The notes under the pieces are model-generated. The model was not told the DNA's origin. It searched no databases and was given only the letters and a program-made list of their open reading frames with translations. A DNA stretch of 47,455 nt from Octopus bimaculoides (lineage: Eukaryota). The translations under genes and the position numbers were made by a program. The DNA is taken from contig NC_068993.1 in NCBI RefSeq assembly GCF_001194135.2, forward strand, positions 51,631,416 through 51,678,870, in the 5' to 3' direction. Shown here piece by piece: positions 1-9,715 of this stretch (position 1 is the first letter of the stretch; the number at the start of each line of letters is the position of its first letter).

Positions 1-192
1 ACACACGCACACGTACACACATCCATATATAACCCATATGTATGAGCCAACGTAATGTTGTGAACAACAATGTGCCAACCATCACTGCAGGTGGCAGCCA
101 TCGTTATTAGCAGCCAGAGCTAAAGGTCCTCGCCGTAATATTCTGGCTGGCTTATTGAATCTGTTCACCATTGGACCGTAACATAACAACAT

Positions 193-480
193 TTATTGCA
201 TCTCGCCTCCTGCTGCTGCTCCTCCTGCTGCTGCTGCTGCTGCTGCTGCTGATGTCGATGCTGTGATTGAACGTGCTGCATAAGGTGGTAGGGATGAGGA
301 TGATGATGATGATGATTGTGCGGCTGGCGGCGATAATGCTGATGATAGTATCGCTGGTGTTGCTGGTGCCATGGTTTTGTTCTTGATGTTCGTGATGATG
401 GTGACTATAATGCTGACGTTAGTGACGTTGGCGGTGTTGGTTGTGGTGGTGAAGGTGACGGTGGTCGTCGTCGTCGCCAT
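193..480. repeat. Cryptic mixed-trinucleotide low-complexity tract (GCT/GAT/GGT/GTC)
   Basis: Interleaved (GCT)n, (GAT)n, (GGT)n and (GTC)n runs. The minus-strand ORF over it is poly-T/S/A and begins inside a dinucleotide microsatellite. Confidence 0.7.
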
Positions 481-495
481 GCTGATTGTGCTTGT

Positions 496-527
<32 letters not shown>

Positions 528-649
528 GTATATATATATGATTTACTATCACATTGTGTATATACATACATACAATCATGTAAACACACACACACATACA
601 TGCGTGTTTGTATGTGTATATATGTATATGTATATTCTTTTATTCTTTT

Positions 650-884
650 ATTCTTTTATTTGTTTCAGTCATTTGGCTGCGGCCATATTGGAGCACCGCC
701 TTTAATCTAACAAATCGACCCCAGGATTTCTTCTTCGTAAGCGCAGTACTTAGTCTATCGGTCTTTTTGCCGTGCCGCTACGTTACCAGGATGTAAGCAC
801 AACAACATCGGTTGACAAGCGATGCTAAGGTACAAACACAGACACACAAACATATACACATATACATACCTAGCAAAAGAGAGA

Positions 885-928
<44 letters not shown>

Positions 929-1470
929 CTTCTTTCAGTTTCAGTCTACCAAGGTTTTGATCGGCCCAAGGCCATAATACAAGACACTTGTTCAAGGTGC
1001 CAAGCAGTGGGACTGAACTCAGAACCATGCAGCTGGTTGTTGTTGTTGTTCTTGTTGTTGTTGTTGTTGGCACTCCGTCGCTTACGACGTCGAGGGTTCC
1101 AGTTGATCCGATCAACGGAACAGCCTGCTCGTGAAATTAATGTGCAAGTGGCTGAGCACTCCACAGACACGTGTACCCTTCATGTTGTTCTCGGGGATAT
1201 TCAGCGTGACACAGAGTGTGACAAGGCTGACCCTTTGAATTACAGGCGCAACAGAAACAGGAAGTAAGAGTGAGAGAAAGTTGTGGTGAAATACTACAGC
1301 AGGGTTCGCCACCATCCCCTGCCGGAGCCTCGTGGAGCTTTAGGTGTTTTCGCTCAATAAATACTCACAACGCCCGGTCTGGGAATCGAAACCGCGATCC
1401 TATGACCGCGAGTCCGCTGCCCTAACCACTGGGCCATTGCGCCTCCACCATGCAGTTGCTAAGCAAGCCA
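650..1470 (-). mobile_element. SINE family AB (tRNA-like head, internal microsatellite, 3' body), interrupted by a SINE-D insertion
   Basis: 3' body TTTGTTTCAGTCATTTGGCTGCGGCC...ACAAACACAGACAC at 650-850 matches copies at 6910, 14925, 17585 and 31830. Internal (CA)/(GA)n at 850-925. Head-proximal part GGCTTCTTTCAGTTTC...GGGACTGAACTCAGAACCATG at 927-1032 matches copies at 2655, 15050, 17346 and 30372. The remainder of the head resumes at 1449-1470. Confidence 0.85.
1033..1448 (-). mobile_element. Full-length tRNA-derived SINE (family D) with (AAC)n tail and 7-bp TSD
   Basis: The minus strand starts GTGGAGGCGCAATGGCCCAGTGGTTAGG (A-box-like) and has GGTTTCGATTCC (B-box-like). (GTT)n at 1036-1068 is the tail. 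CATGCAG flanks both ends (1026-1032 and 1449-1455). Confidence 0.88.
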
Positions 1471-1588
1471 NNNNNNNNNNNNNNNNNNNNNNNNNNNNNN
1501 NNNNNNNNNNNNNNNNNNNNNNNNNNNNNNNNNNNNNNNNNNNNNNNNNNNNNNNNNNNNNNNNNNNNNNNNNNNNNNNNNNNNNNNN

Positions 1589-1623
<35 letters not shown>

Positions 1624-1625
<2 letters not shown>

Positions 1626-1985
1626 CTGTCTACCTCCAGTTATGTACATTTTTGTAGTTTCTAGCTTTAGTAATGATTTTCCTTGTTATCTGGGAGGTTG
1701 CTTACGCAACCTTCTCTCAATGTCCATATCATATTGGATAGAGAAGTTGCATGTCTTTAATTTTTGTCCGTGAATGACGCCACGTGTTGTATGTATCTTT
1801 CTTTGAATGGGTTGCTCGTCAGTCTGATATACGCCTTTGTTACTCCGTTAGGATTCATGATGTTGAGCTTGTATATAAGTTCTTTCTCCAAACAGCAATT
1901 GTTTAGGGGACAGTAGTGTGGCGATCTACAGTTACATTGTCTTTCGGGGACATTTCTGATGTGTTCATATATACACTTTATTGTG
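1624..1985 (-). mobile_element. Penelope-like retroelement GIY-YIG endonuclease remnant (in-frame stop and frameshift)
   Basis: Manual minus-strand translation: HQKCPERQCNCRSPHYCPLNNCCLEKELIYKLNIMNPNGVTKAYIRLTSNPFKERYIQHVASFTDKN*RHATSLSNMIWTLREG, then after a frameshift RKIITKARNY. This fits the PLE pattern CNCR..CPL..CL..(V/I)IY..YIG.T..FK.R..H..SF..T.LS..IW.L..II.KA..Y. Confidence 0.8.
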
Positions 1986-2554
1986 TCAATTTATACATAA
2001 CTATATATATNNNNNNNNNNNNNNNNNNNNNNNNNNNNNNNNNNNNNNNNNNNNNNNNNNNNNNNNNNNNNNNNNNNNNNNNNNNNNNNNNNNNNNNNNN
2101 NNNNNNNNNNNNNNNNNNNNNNNNNNNNNNNNNNNNNNNNNNNNNNNNNNNNNNNNNNNNNNNNNNNNNNNNNNNNNNNNNNNNNNNNNNNNNNNNNNNN
2201 NNNNNNNNNNNNNNNNNNNNNNNNNNNNNNNNNNNNNNNNNNNNNNNNNNNNNNNNNNNNNNNNNNNNNNNNNNNNNNNNNNNNNNNNNNNNNNNNNNNN
2301 NNNNNNNNNNNNNNNNNNNNNNNNNNNNNNNNNNNNNNNNNNNNNNNNNNNNNNNNNNNNNNNNNNNNNNNNNNNNNNNNNNNNNNNNNNNNNNNNNNNN
2401 NNNNNNNNNNNNNNNNNNNNNNNNNNNNNNNNNNNNNNNNNNNNNNNNNNNNNNNNNNNNNNNNNNNNNNNNNNNNNNNNNNNNNNNNNNNNNNNNNNNN
2501 NNNNNNNNNNNNNNNNNNNNNNNNNNNNNNNNNNNNNNNNNNNNNNNNNNNNNN

Positions 2555-2605
<51 letters not shown>

Positions 2606-2654
2606 TATATGTGTGTGCCCGTCGTATATATATATATATATATATATACATATA

Positions 2655-2700
2655 CGACGGGCTTCCTTCAGTTTCCCTCTACCAAATCCACTCACATACA
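2655..2700 (-). mobile_element. SINE AB fragment (end of head segment) with fold-back tail
   Basis: ACGACGGGCTTCCTTCAGTTTCCCTCTACCAAATCCACTCACA is the reverse complement of the segment that ends GAAGCCCGT in the copy at 17346-17505. Confidence 0.8.
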
Positions 2701-3035
2701 TACATACTGTATGTATGTATGTATGTATGTATGTATATCTGATTCTCCCATCAGATCTTCCATTTTAGTGAACTACATAAGTCGAAAGTTTTCTTTACCA
2801 GCAAAATCATACATACGTTTTGGTTGGAACTCTAATGCTTAAATACATACATACGTAAATAAGTACGTATATACACTCACACATATATATATGCGTACAC
2901 GTTCCATTAAATATAAACATATGCCTACATAAATATGTACGTATATACATTCATACATATACGCATTCACAAACAATTAGACATAAACACAAGCCTTCTC
3001 ACCGAGACAGTTATATATGCACACACACACACACA

Positions 3036-3088
<53 letters not shown>

Positions 3089-4559
3089 ACACACAAATAT
3101 AAACACACAACCTAAATAAGAAGATGCAACACATACTCGTATAACCTACAAATGTAGTTAAGTACAAAGAGCGAACATCAGAAAACACAAATACATAAAG
3201 TGCTTTCGTAATATACACACAAACATACACGCGTTACTATTTCTATACGCACAATTATATATACTTTCCATTATGTAGGTAAAAATGGTAAATACAGTAG
3301 CAATTATCACACTAAATTCTTGCAAGACATTTCAAAACACTTTCATTGTTGTATTCTTTATATTTTACTTTCATGTTTATAGTGTTTTGCAGTTCTTTTA
3401 TACATTAATTTTACGTTTGTTTTTTGTTCTCATACGTGTATTTATATTTTCTCGTGCTTATTACTTCCTGTACGCGTCCTATCTTTCTCAAATTGCACAC
3501 GCACACGCACACGCACACAGACACACACACACACACACACATACAAACATAAATAGAGAACACACACGCACACACACACACGCACACATACACGCATGCA
3601 TATATGTATANNNNNNNNNNNNNNNNNNNNNNNNNNNNNNNNNNNNNNNNNNNNNNNNNNNNNNNNNNNNNNNNNNNNNNNNNNNNNNNNNNNNNNNNNN
3701 NNNNNNNNNNNNNNNNNNNNNNNNNNNNNNNNNNNNNNNNNNNNNNNNNNNNNNNNNNNNNNNNNNNNNNNNNNNNNNNNNNNNNNNNNNNNNNNNNNNN
3801 NNNNNNNNNNNNNNNNNNNNNNNNNNNNNNNNNNNNNNNNNNNNNNNNNNNNNNNNNNNNNNNNNNNNNNNNNNNNNNNNNNNNNNNNNNNNNNNNNNNN
3901 NNNNNNNNNNNNNNNNNNNNNNNNNNNNNNNNNNNNNNNNNNNNNNNNNNNNNNNNNNNNNNNNNNNNNNNNNNNNNNNNNNNNNNNNNNNNNNNNNNNN
4001 NNNNNNNNNNNNNNNNNNNNNNNNNNNNNNNNNNNNNNNNNNNNNNNNNNNNNNNNNNNNNNNNNNNNNNNNNNNNNNNNNNNNNNNNNNNNNNNNNNNN
4101 NNNNNNNNNNNNNNNNNNNNNNNNNNNNNNNNNNNNNNNNNNNNNNNNNNNNNNNNNNNNNNNNNNNNNNNNNNNNNNNNNNNNNNNNNNNNNNNNNNNN
4201 NNNNNNNNNNNNNNNNNNNNNNNNNNNNNNNNNNNNNNNNNNNNNNNNNNNNNNNNNNNNNNNNNNNNNNNNNNNNNNNNNNNNNNNNNNNNNNNNNNNN
4301 NNNNNNNNNNNNNNNNNNNNNNNNNNNNNNNNNNNNNNNNNNNNNNNNNNNNNNNNNNNNNNNNNNNNNNNNNNNNNNNNNNNNNNNNNNNNTAGTGTGT
4401 ATTTATCGTCATGCGTATTTCATATATGTAACTATTATATGAAATACTATGTTATCAAATTATATTTTTGCCTCTGCTATGATGTCAACGTTTTGAACGC
4501 AGAGTGTGAAAATGGAAAACTAGTTGAATGGAGTAAAAAAAAAGAAAGAAATTGGTAAT

Positions 4560-4878
4560 ATAATGAAGAAGGCGGAGAAGAAGAAAAAAAGAAAACAAAA
4601 AAGAAGAAGAAGAAGAAGAAGAAGAAGAAGAAGAAGAAGAAGAAGAAGAAGAAGAAGGAGGAGGAGGAGGAGGAAAAAAAAGAAGAAGAAGAAAGAGAAG
4701 AAGAAGAAGAAGAAGAAGAAGAGAAAGAAGAAGAAGAAGAAGAAGAAGAAGAAGAAGAAGAGAAAGAAGATGAAAAAGAAGAAAATTGCACGTCTACGTG
4801 TAGCATGATGATGATGATGATGATGACAATATTAATAATAGCAAAAAAAACCAAAACAGCAACAACAATAACAACAAC

Positions 4879-4940
<62 letters not shown>

Positions 4941-4955
4941 TAATAATAATAATAG
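4560..4955. repeat. Compound microsatellite: (GAA)n/(GGA)n polypurine tract followed by (GAT)n and (AAT)n
   Basis: Directly visible. It produces the poly-K/R/S/F/I pseudo-ORFs. Confidence 0.95.
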
Positions 4956-6428
4956 TGCAGCTATCCACATGCGAAAATATTTTAAGTTGTTTATCCTTTC
5001 AGCTATTTTTATTCCTGTGAATTACCATTTTGTTTTTAATTTTAGTATTTTTCGTGTTTTTAATTTGCTATCGCTTCCCTTTTTTTTGTTTTTTTTTTTA
5101 TTTTATTTATTCAAATCTGTATTTTTTGTTCAATTTTACTTGCTGTTACATCAGTTTTAAAAACTATGTCTAAATTATAAATATTGTTACGTCTTAAGTC
5201 GTAATGCAAGTAGGTAAATCCATAGGATATATATATATATATATATATANNNNNNNNNNNNNNNNNNNNNNNNNNNNNNNNNNNNNNNNNNNNNNNNNNN
5301 NNNNNNNNNNNNNNNNNNNNNNNNNNNNNNNNNNNNNNNNNNNNNNNNNNNNNNNNNNNNNNNNNNNNNNNNNNNNNNNNNNNNNNNNNNNNNNNNNNNN
5401 NNNNNNNNNNNNNNNNNNNNNNNNNNNNNNNNNNNNNNNNNNNNNNNNNNNNNNNNNNNNNNNNNNNNNNNNNNNNNNNNNNNNNNNNNNNNNNNNNNNN
5501 NNNNNNNNNNNNNNNNNNNNNNNNNNNNNNNNNNNNNNNNNNNNNNNNNNNNNNNNNNNNNNNNNNNNNNNNNNNNNNNNNNNNNNNNNNNNNNNNNNNN
5601 NNNNNNNNNNNNNNNNNNNNNNNNNNNNNNNNNNNNNNNNNNNNNNNNNNNNNNNNNNNNNNNNNNNNNNNNNNNNNNNNNNNNNNNNNNNNNNNNNNNN
5701 NNNNNNNNNNNNNNNNNNNNNNNNNNNNNNNNNNNNNNNNNNNNNNNNNNNNNNNNNNNNNNNNNNNNNNNNNNNNNNNNNNNNNNNNNNNNNNNNNNNN
5801 NNNNNNNNNNNNNNNNNNNNNNNNNNNNNNNNNNNNNNNNNNNNNNNNNNNNNNNNNNNNNNNNNNNNNNNNNNNNNNNNNNNNNNNNNNNNNNNNNNNN
5901 NNNNNNNNNNNNNNNNNNNNNNNNNNNNNNNNNNNNNNNNNNNNNNNNNNNNNNNNNNNNNNNNNNNNNNNNNNNNNNNNNNNNNNNNNNNNNNNNNNNN
6001 NNNNNNNTGTGAGAGTGTGTCTCTCTGTGTGTGTATAATATATCTGCACTGTTCACTTATAGTATAGAATGCTCAGGCTAATAATGTAAAAAGAGTGAAA
6101 AAGAAAAAAGAAAACGGTAAAACTAAGTCTGATGTCTCTCTAAACGAAATTAATATTTAACTTAGTCAGGCATCCACCATTGCAGGTGTTGAATTTTCGC
6201 AGTAGAAAATAGAAAATAGAATTCCTGTTTCTCTATTCAATGGTTTACCATTTCTACTTACACTGGACGAGGTTATTTAGTATTTCTCCCAACTTCCATT
6301 TTTCATTTCCGTCTGTTTGTCGCTCTTTCGGTTTCTTTTATTGTTTTGTAATTGATTTTGTTATTTGACATTTTCCCCACAAAGACCTTTTGATTTTCGT
6401 CGCAATATATTCTGCACTTTCTTCTGTA

Positions 6429-6468
<40 letters not shown>

Positions 6469-6909
6469 CCGTTCAGTCTGGAGTTTATTATAGCAATAAG
6501 ACGGCGAGGGTTTGTCATGTCGATTGGTGCAACGAACGATCTGCTTTGAGATTAGCGGTTTCCATCCATTCACTATACTTGCATAGAGTGATATGCTCGG
6601 CGATGATTGAAACATTTCTGAAAGTGGATGTCGTTATCCCACTGAATACAGACAACACAACTCGGTACTGCTTTGAGTCATATCACAAACAGTTGCGTTG
6701 TTATTGAAAGATTGCGTACTCCACATAATTTTGTATTCGGAATATCACATACACCTTTCCTCTTGGCAGTGACGAGGTCCTAAAGTTGACGGGTAGTTAT
6801 TACTCTGGGTCGTGAGTGCAATTATTCTTGCATTTCTCTGTCCATTTCTTTATAACTGAGCAACGTCCTCTGAGATTGAGCCACTGAGGCCTAAAATAAA
6901 TGATAGCGT

Positions 6910-7062
6910 TACTCCTTTATTTGTTTCAGTCATTTGACTGCGGCCTAGCTGGAGCACTACCTTGGAGGGCTTTTTAGTAAAACAAATTTACCTCAGGACT
7001 TATTTCAAGCCTAGCACTTATTCTATCGGTCTCTTGTGCCGCACTTCTAAGTTACAGGGACC
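6910..7062 (-). mobile_element. SINE AB 3' body fragment
   Basis: TTTGTTTCAGTCATTTGACTGCGGCC...TTCTATCGGTCTCTTGTGCCG aligns with 660-790. It is followed by a short local duplication TACAGGGACC(G/T)AAGCATATAT. Confidence 0.85.
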
Positions 7063-7663
7063 GAAGCATATATACATACAGGGACCTAAGCATATATCTC
7101 ATTTGATTATGTTTAATCCTTCAGCTATCCAATGCTTTTGTGGGGCCTGCAATCACCAATATTATTGATTATTTTATCATTTTAACATTTTAAATTGTTA
7201 CACAAGGTAATATTATATTTACAAATTATTTTCTCGTATATATATACATATATATAGGCAAAACTTGTTATTGAATATATATATATATANNNNNNNNNNN
7301 NNNNNNNNNNNNNNNNNNNNNNNNNNNNNNNNNNNNNNNNNNNNNNNNNNNNNNNNNNNNNNNNNNNNNNNNNNNNNNNNNNNNNNNNNNNNNNNNNNNN
7401 NNNNNNNNNNNNNNNNNNNNNNNNNNNNNNNNNNNNNNNNNNNNNNNNNNNNNNNNNNNNNNNNNNNNNNNNNNNNNNNNNNNNNNNNNNNNNNNNNNNN
7501 NNNNNNNNNNNNNNNNNNNNNNNNNNNNNNNNNNNNNNNNNNNNNNNNNNNNNTATTGAAAATGCACCTAAATTTGAAAAAACTTGTAATTCTTTAAAAT
7601 GAATTTATTTACATATATACCAAACTAGTTTCAACAGTATTTTTTGTTTTTCAGTGGTAAAAA

Positions 7664-7806
7664 TTTTAAATTATGAATTAGAAAAAACATCTTTAAATGT
7701 TTCAATGTTGACAAGTTTAAATGTTCATAACAAACACATTTAAAATTATGAATCAGAAAAACATGTTTAAAAATTTCTATGTTGACAAGTTTAAATGTTC
7801 ATAACA
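7664..7806. repeat. 75-bp tandem duplication (2 copies)
   Basis: TTATGAAT(T/C)AGAAAAA...ATGTTGACAAGTTTAAATGTTCATAACA starts at 7671 and again at 7746. Confidence 0.9.
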
Positions 7807-7999
7807 GTCAATAATATTAAAACTGTGCATCAATTTGTTTGAATGTAGAAAGCTCATTAGTGTTACTAATGATCGGCAAGAAATGAATATCATCCAAGTT
7901 TCAGTCATACTGAGTTAAGAGGGAAAAATATAAGGGAACAATGCTGATAGTAAAAAAAGAGATTTGATTTACAATTTCTCTGATCCTCTTTCCGTCCTA

Positions 8000-8990
8000 T
8001 GTAGGAACCTTCGCTTGTAACGGTGTTTTAGAATCCGCGGTATTTATAATTTTTCCGCGAGCGGATCTGAGTTTTGCATTGTTAAAGTACTGGTGACATC
8101 ATGTTTTTCCGCTGGTGAAGTTTGTCGTTCTGGTTGGCTGGATTACCTGTGGGGAACGGTCATTAGTCGTTCCGGTTGGTTGATTTTCCTAGAGGGTCAT
8201 TTTGCTGTATTTGTTCGGTTCTTATTGGTCCAGAGTTAGGTAACGTTAGCAACTGGTGTTTGTAAAATTTCATTGATCTAGAGATAGGTGACATCGGCAA
8301 CTGGTGTTATTCTATGGTGAGTTGGATTTGCAGGTGGAAGACTGTTACTAAACTTATTGAAACTGTTTGTTGTTCCTGATTGAATTTTTTTTGTTTTTGT
8401 AGAGAAATTAAGTCTTGTTTCCTTTTCCTCTTTAGTGTTTTTCCTTCTTTCTAAAAGATATTCAGCTGTGGTTTATATACTCATTAAAAATATACTGAGC
8501 CCAGAACCATGTGGTTGAGAAACAAAGCTTGATGATTATCAGTGATAACTGTCTCTTCAGTTCTAAAACTAGAAGGTTATAATTTTCCGCTTATTTTCGG
8601 TTTATACCTACTTACATGTTCCCATAACTACACCTTCCCGTCTTCTTTACAAGGATTTTGTCTACTTCCTTGCATCTAAGTTGTGTTTTCTTGATGGATT
8701 CCAGTTTGTTACAGGGTCTCATCATGTCGTTGTTGATGAGGTTTCTCGAAAGTTTCTCTATAAAATCTACGGACAAAGTCGGAATTGTGGTTTTGACATT
8801 CGACAGCCTTCAAACAACTCCCATTGCTCTTGTCTTCAGTTTCTCCAACCACTTCTCTCAACTCAGATATCTTCATTGATGTTGACATATTCATTTAGAG
8901 ACAGATTCCTTATTAAGAAGGAAACGACGAGGTAAAATATCTGTGTCTTCCCCAGTTAAATATACGCGGAGAGATTTAAAAGTATCTTTC
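8000..8990 (-). mobile_element. Heavily degraded retroelement-like ORF, possibly the N-terminal region of a Penelope-like ORF
   Basis: Broken minus-strand frames KDTFKSLRVYLTGEDTDILPRRFLL, TTIPTLSVDFIEKLSRNLINNDMMRPCNKLESIKKTQLRCKEVDKILVKK and TLKRKRKQDLISLQKQ are followed by an N/T/P-rich linker with short internal duplications. A SINE head fragment lies at about 8495-8530. No catalytic motif was seen. Confidence 0.3.
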
Positions 8991-9102
8991 CTGAAAATGA
9001 AAATAAAATAAAAAATAATTAAATGAAATTCCGAAATATCGTCGGTAAAATTTGGGGAAATCGGTTGTAAGCATTAAAAAAGGAGAGGAAAATGATGATG
9101 GA

Positions 9103-9149
<47 letters not shown>

Positions 9150-9156
9150 GATGATG

Positions 9157-9220
<64 letters not shown>

Positions 9221-9236
9221 TGATAATAATAATAAT

Positions 9237-9440
9237 CTTTGGCAAAAGGACCGAAATTTTGTGAGATGGGGCTAGTCGATTAGATCGACCACAGTACGAG
9301 ACTGATACTTAATTTATCCACACCGAAAGGATGAAAGGCAAAGTCGACCTTGGCGGAATTTGAACTCAAAACGTAAAGACGGACGAAATTCCGCTAAGCA
9401 TTTCGCCCGGCGTGCTAACATTTCTGCCAGCTCACCCCTT
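9237..9440 (-). mobile_element. SINE family C, near full length, embedded in compound (GAT)n(AAT)n tracts
   Basis: Reverse complement of GGCGAGCTGGCAGAAACGTTAGCACGCCGGGCGAAATGCTTAGCGG...GTCGACTTTGCCTTTCATCCTTTCGG, compared with 46011-46170. Flanks 9090-9236 and 9445-9500 are both (GAT)n then (AAT)n. Confidence 0.9.
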
Positions 9441-9445
9441 AGAAT

Positions 9446-9486
<41 letters not shown>

Positions 9487-9534
9487 AATAATAATAATGG
9501 ATTGTAATCTTGTGATTAGGTGACACTGCTTGTG

Positions 9535-9715
9535 AGGAGGGGCTACTGAATAATATTAACCCCCAGTATATGGCTGGCACTTTATTTCCTATACCGTAGT
9601 GAGATGCAAGAAACAGAAGGTCTATGGAATTCGAGCACGAAACTTAAAGATAGATGACTCTGTACCACACAGCATTTCGAGAAATACTTTACCGATTCTG
9701 CCATCCACCGTCGTT
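9535..9715 (-). mobile_element. Old, diverged SINE C copy
   Basis: CCCCAGTATATGGCTGGCACTTTATT...GAATTCGAGCAC...AGCATTTCG...ACCGATTCTGCCA follows the family C layout. Confidence 0.55.

Noticed and set aside
193-597. 134-aa T/S/A-rich minus-strand ORF resembling a low-complexity transcription-factor region
   Set aside because: It starts in a dinucleotide repeat, is composed of mixed triplet runs like the non-coding tracts at 12185 and 23300, and has no splice signals or domain.
1375-1448. tRNA-like sequence
   Set aside because: It is the head of a SINE, continuous with a 340-bp body, tail and TSD, and lacks a proper acceptor-stem 3' strand.
6121-6167. ACTAAGT-CTGATG...GAAA...ACTTAGT hammerhead look-alike
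   Set aside because: The core is CTGATGT rather than CTGANGA, there is no stem II pairing, and stem III and the cleavage site are out of register.
6480-6900. Unique, moderately GC-rich block that looked exon-like
   Set aside because: No frame gives a recognisable protein and there is no paired acceptor and donor.
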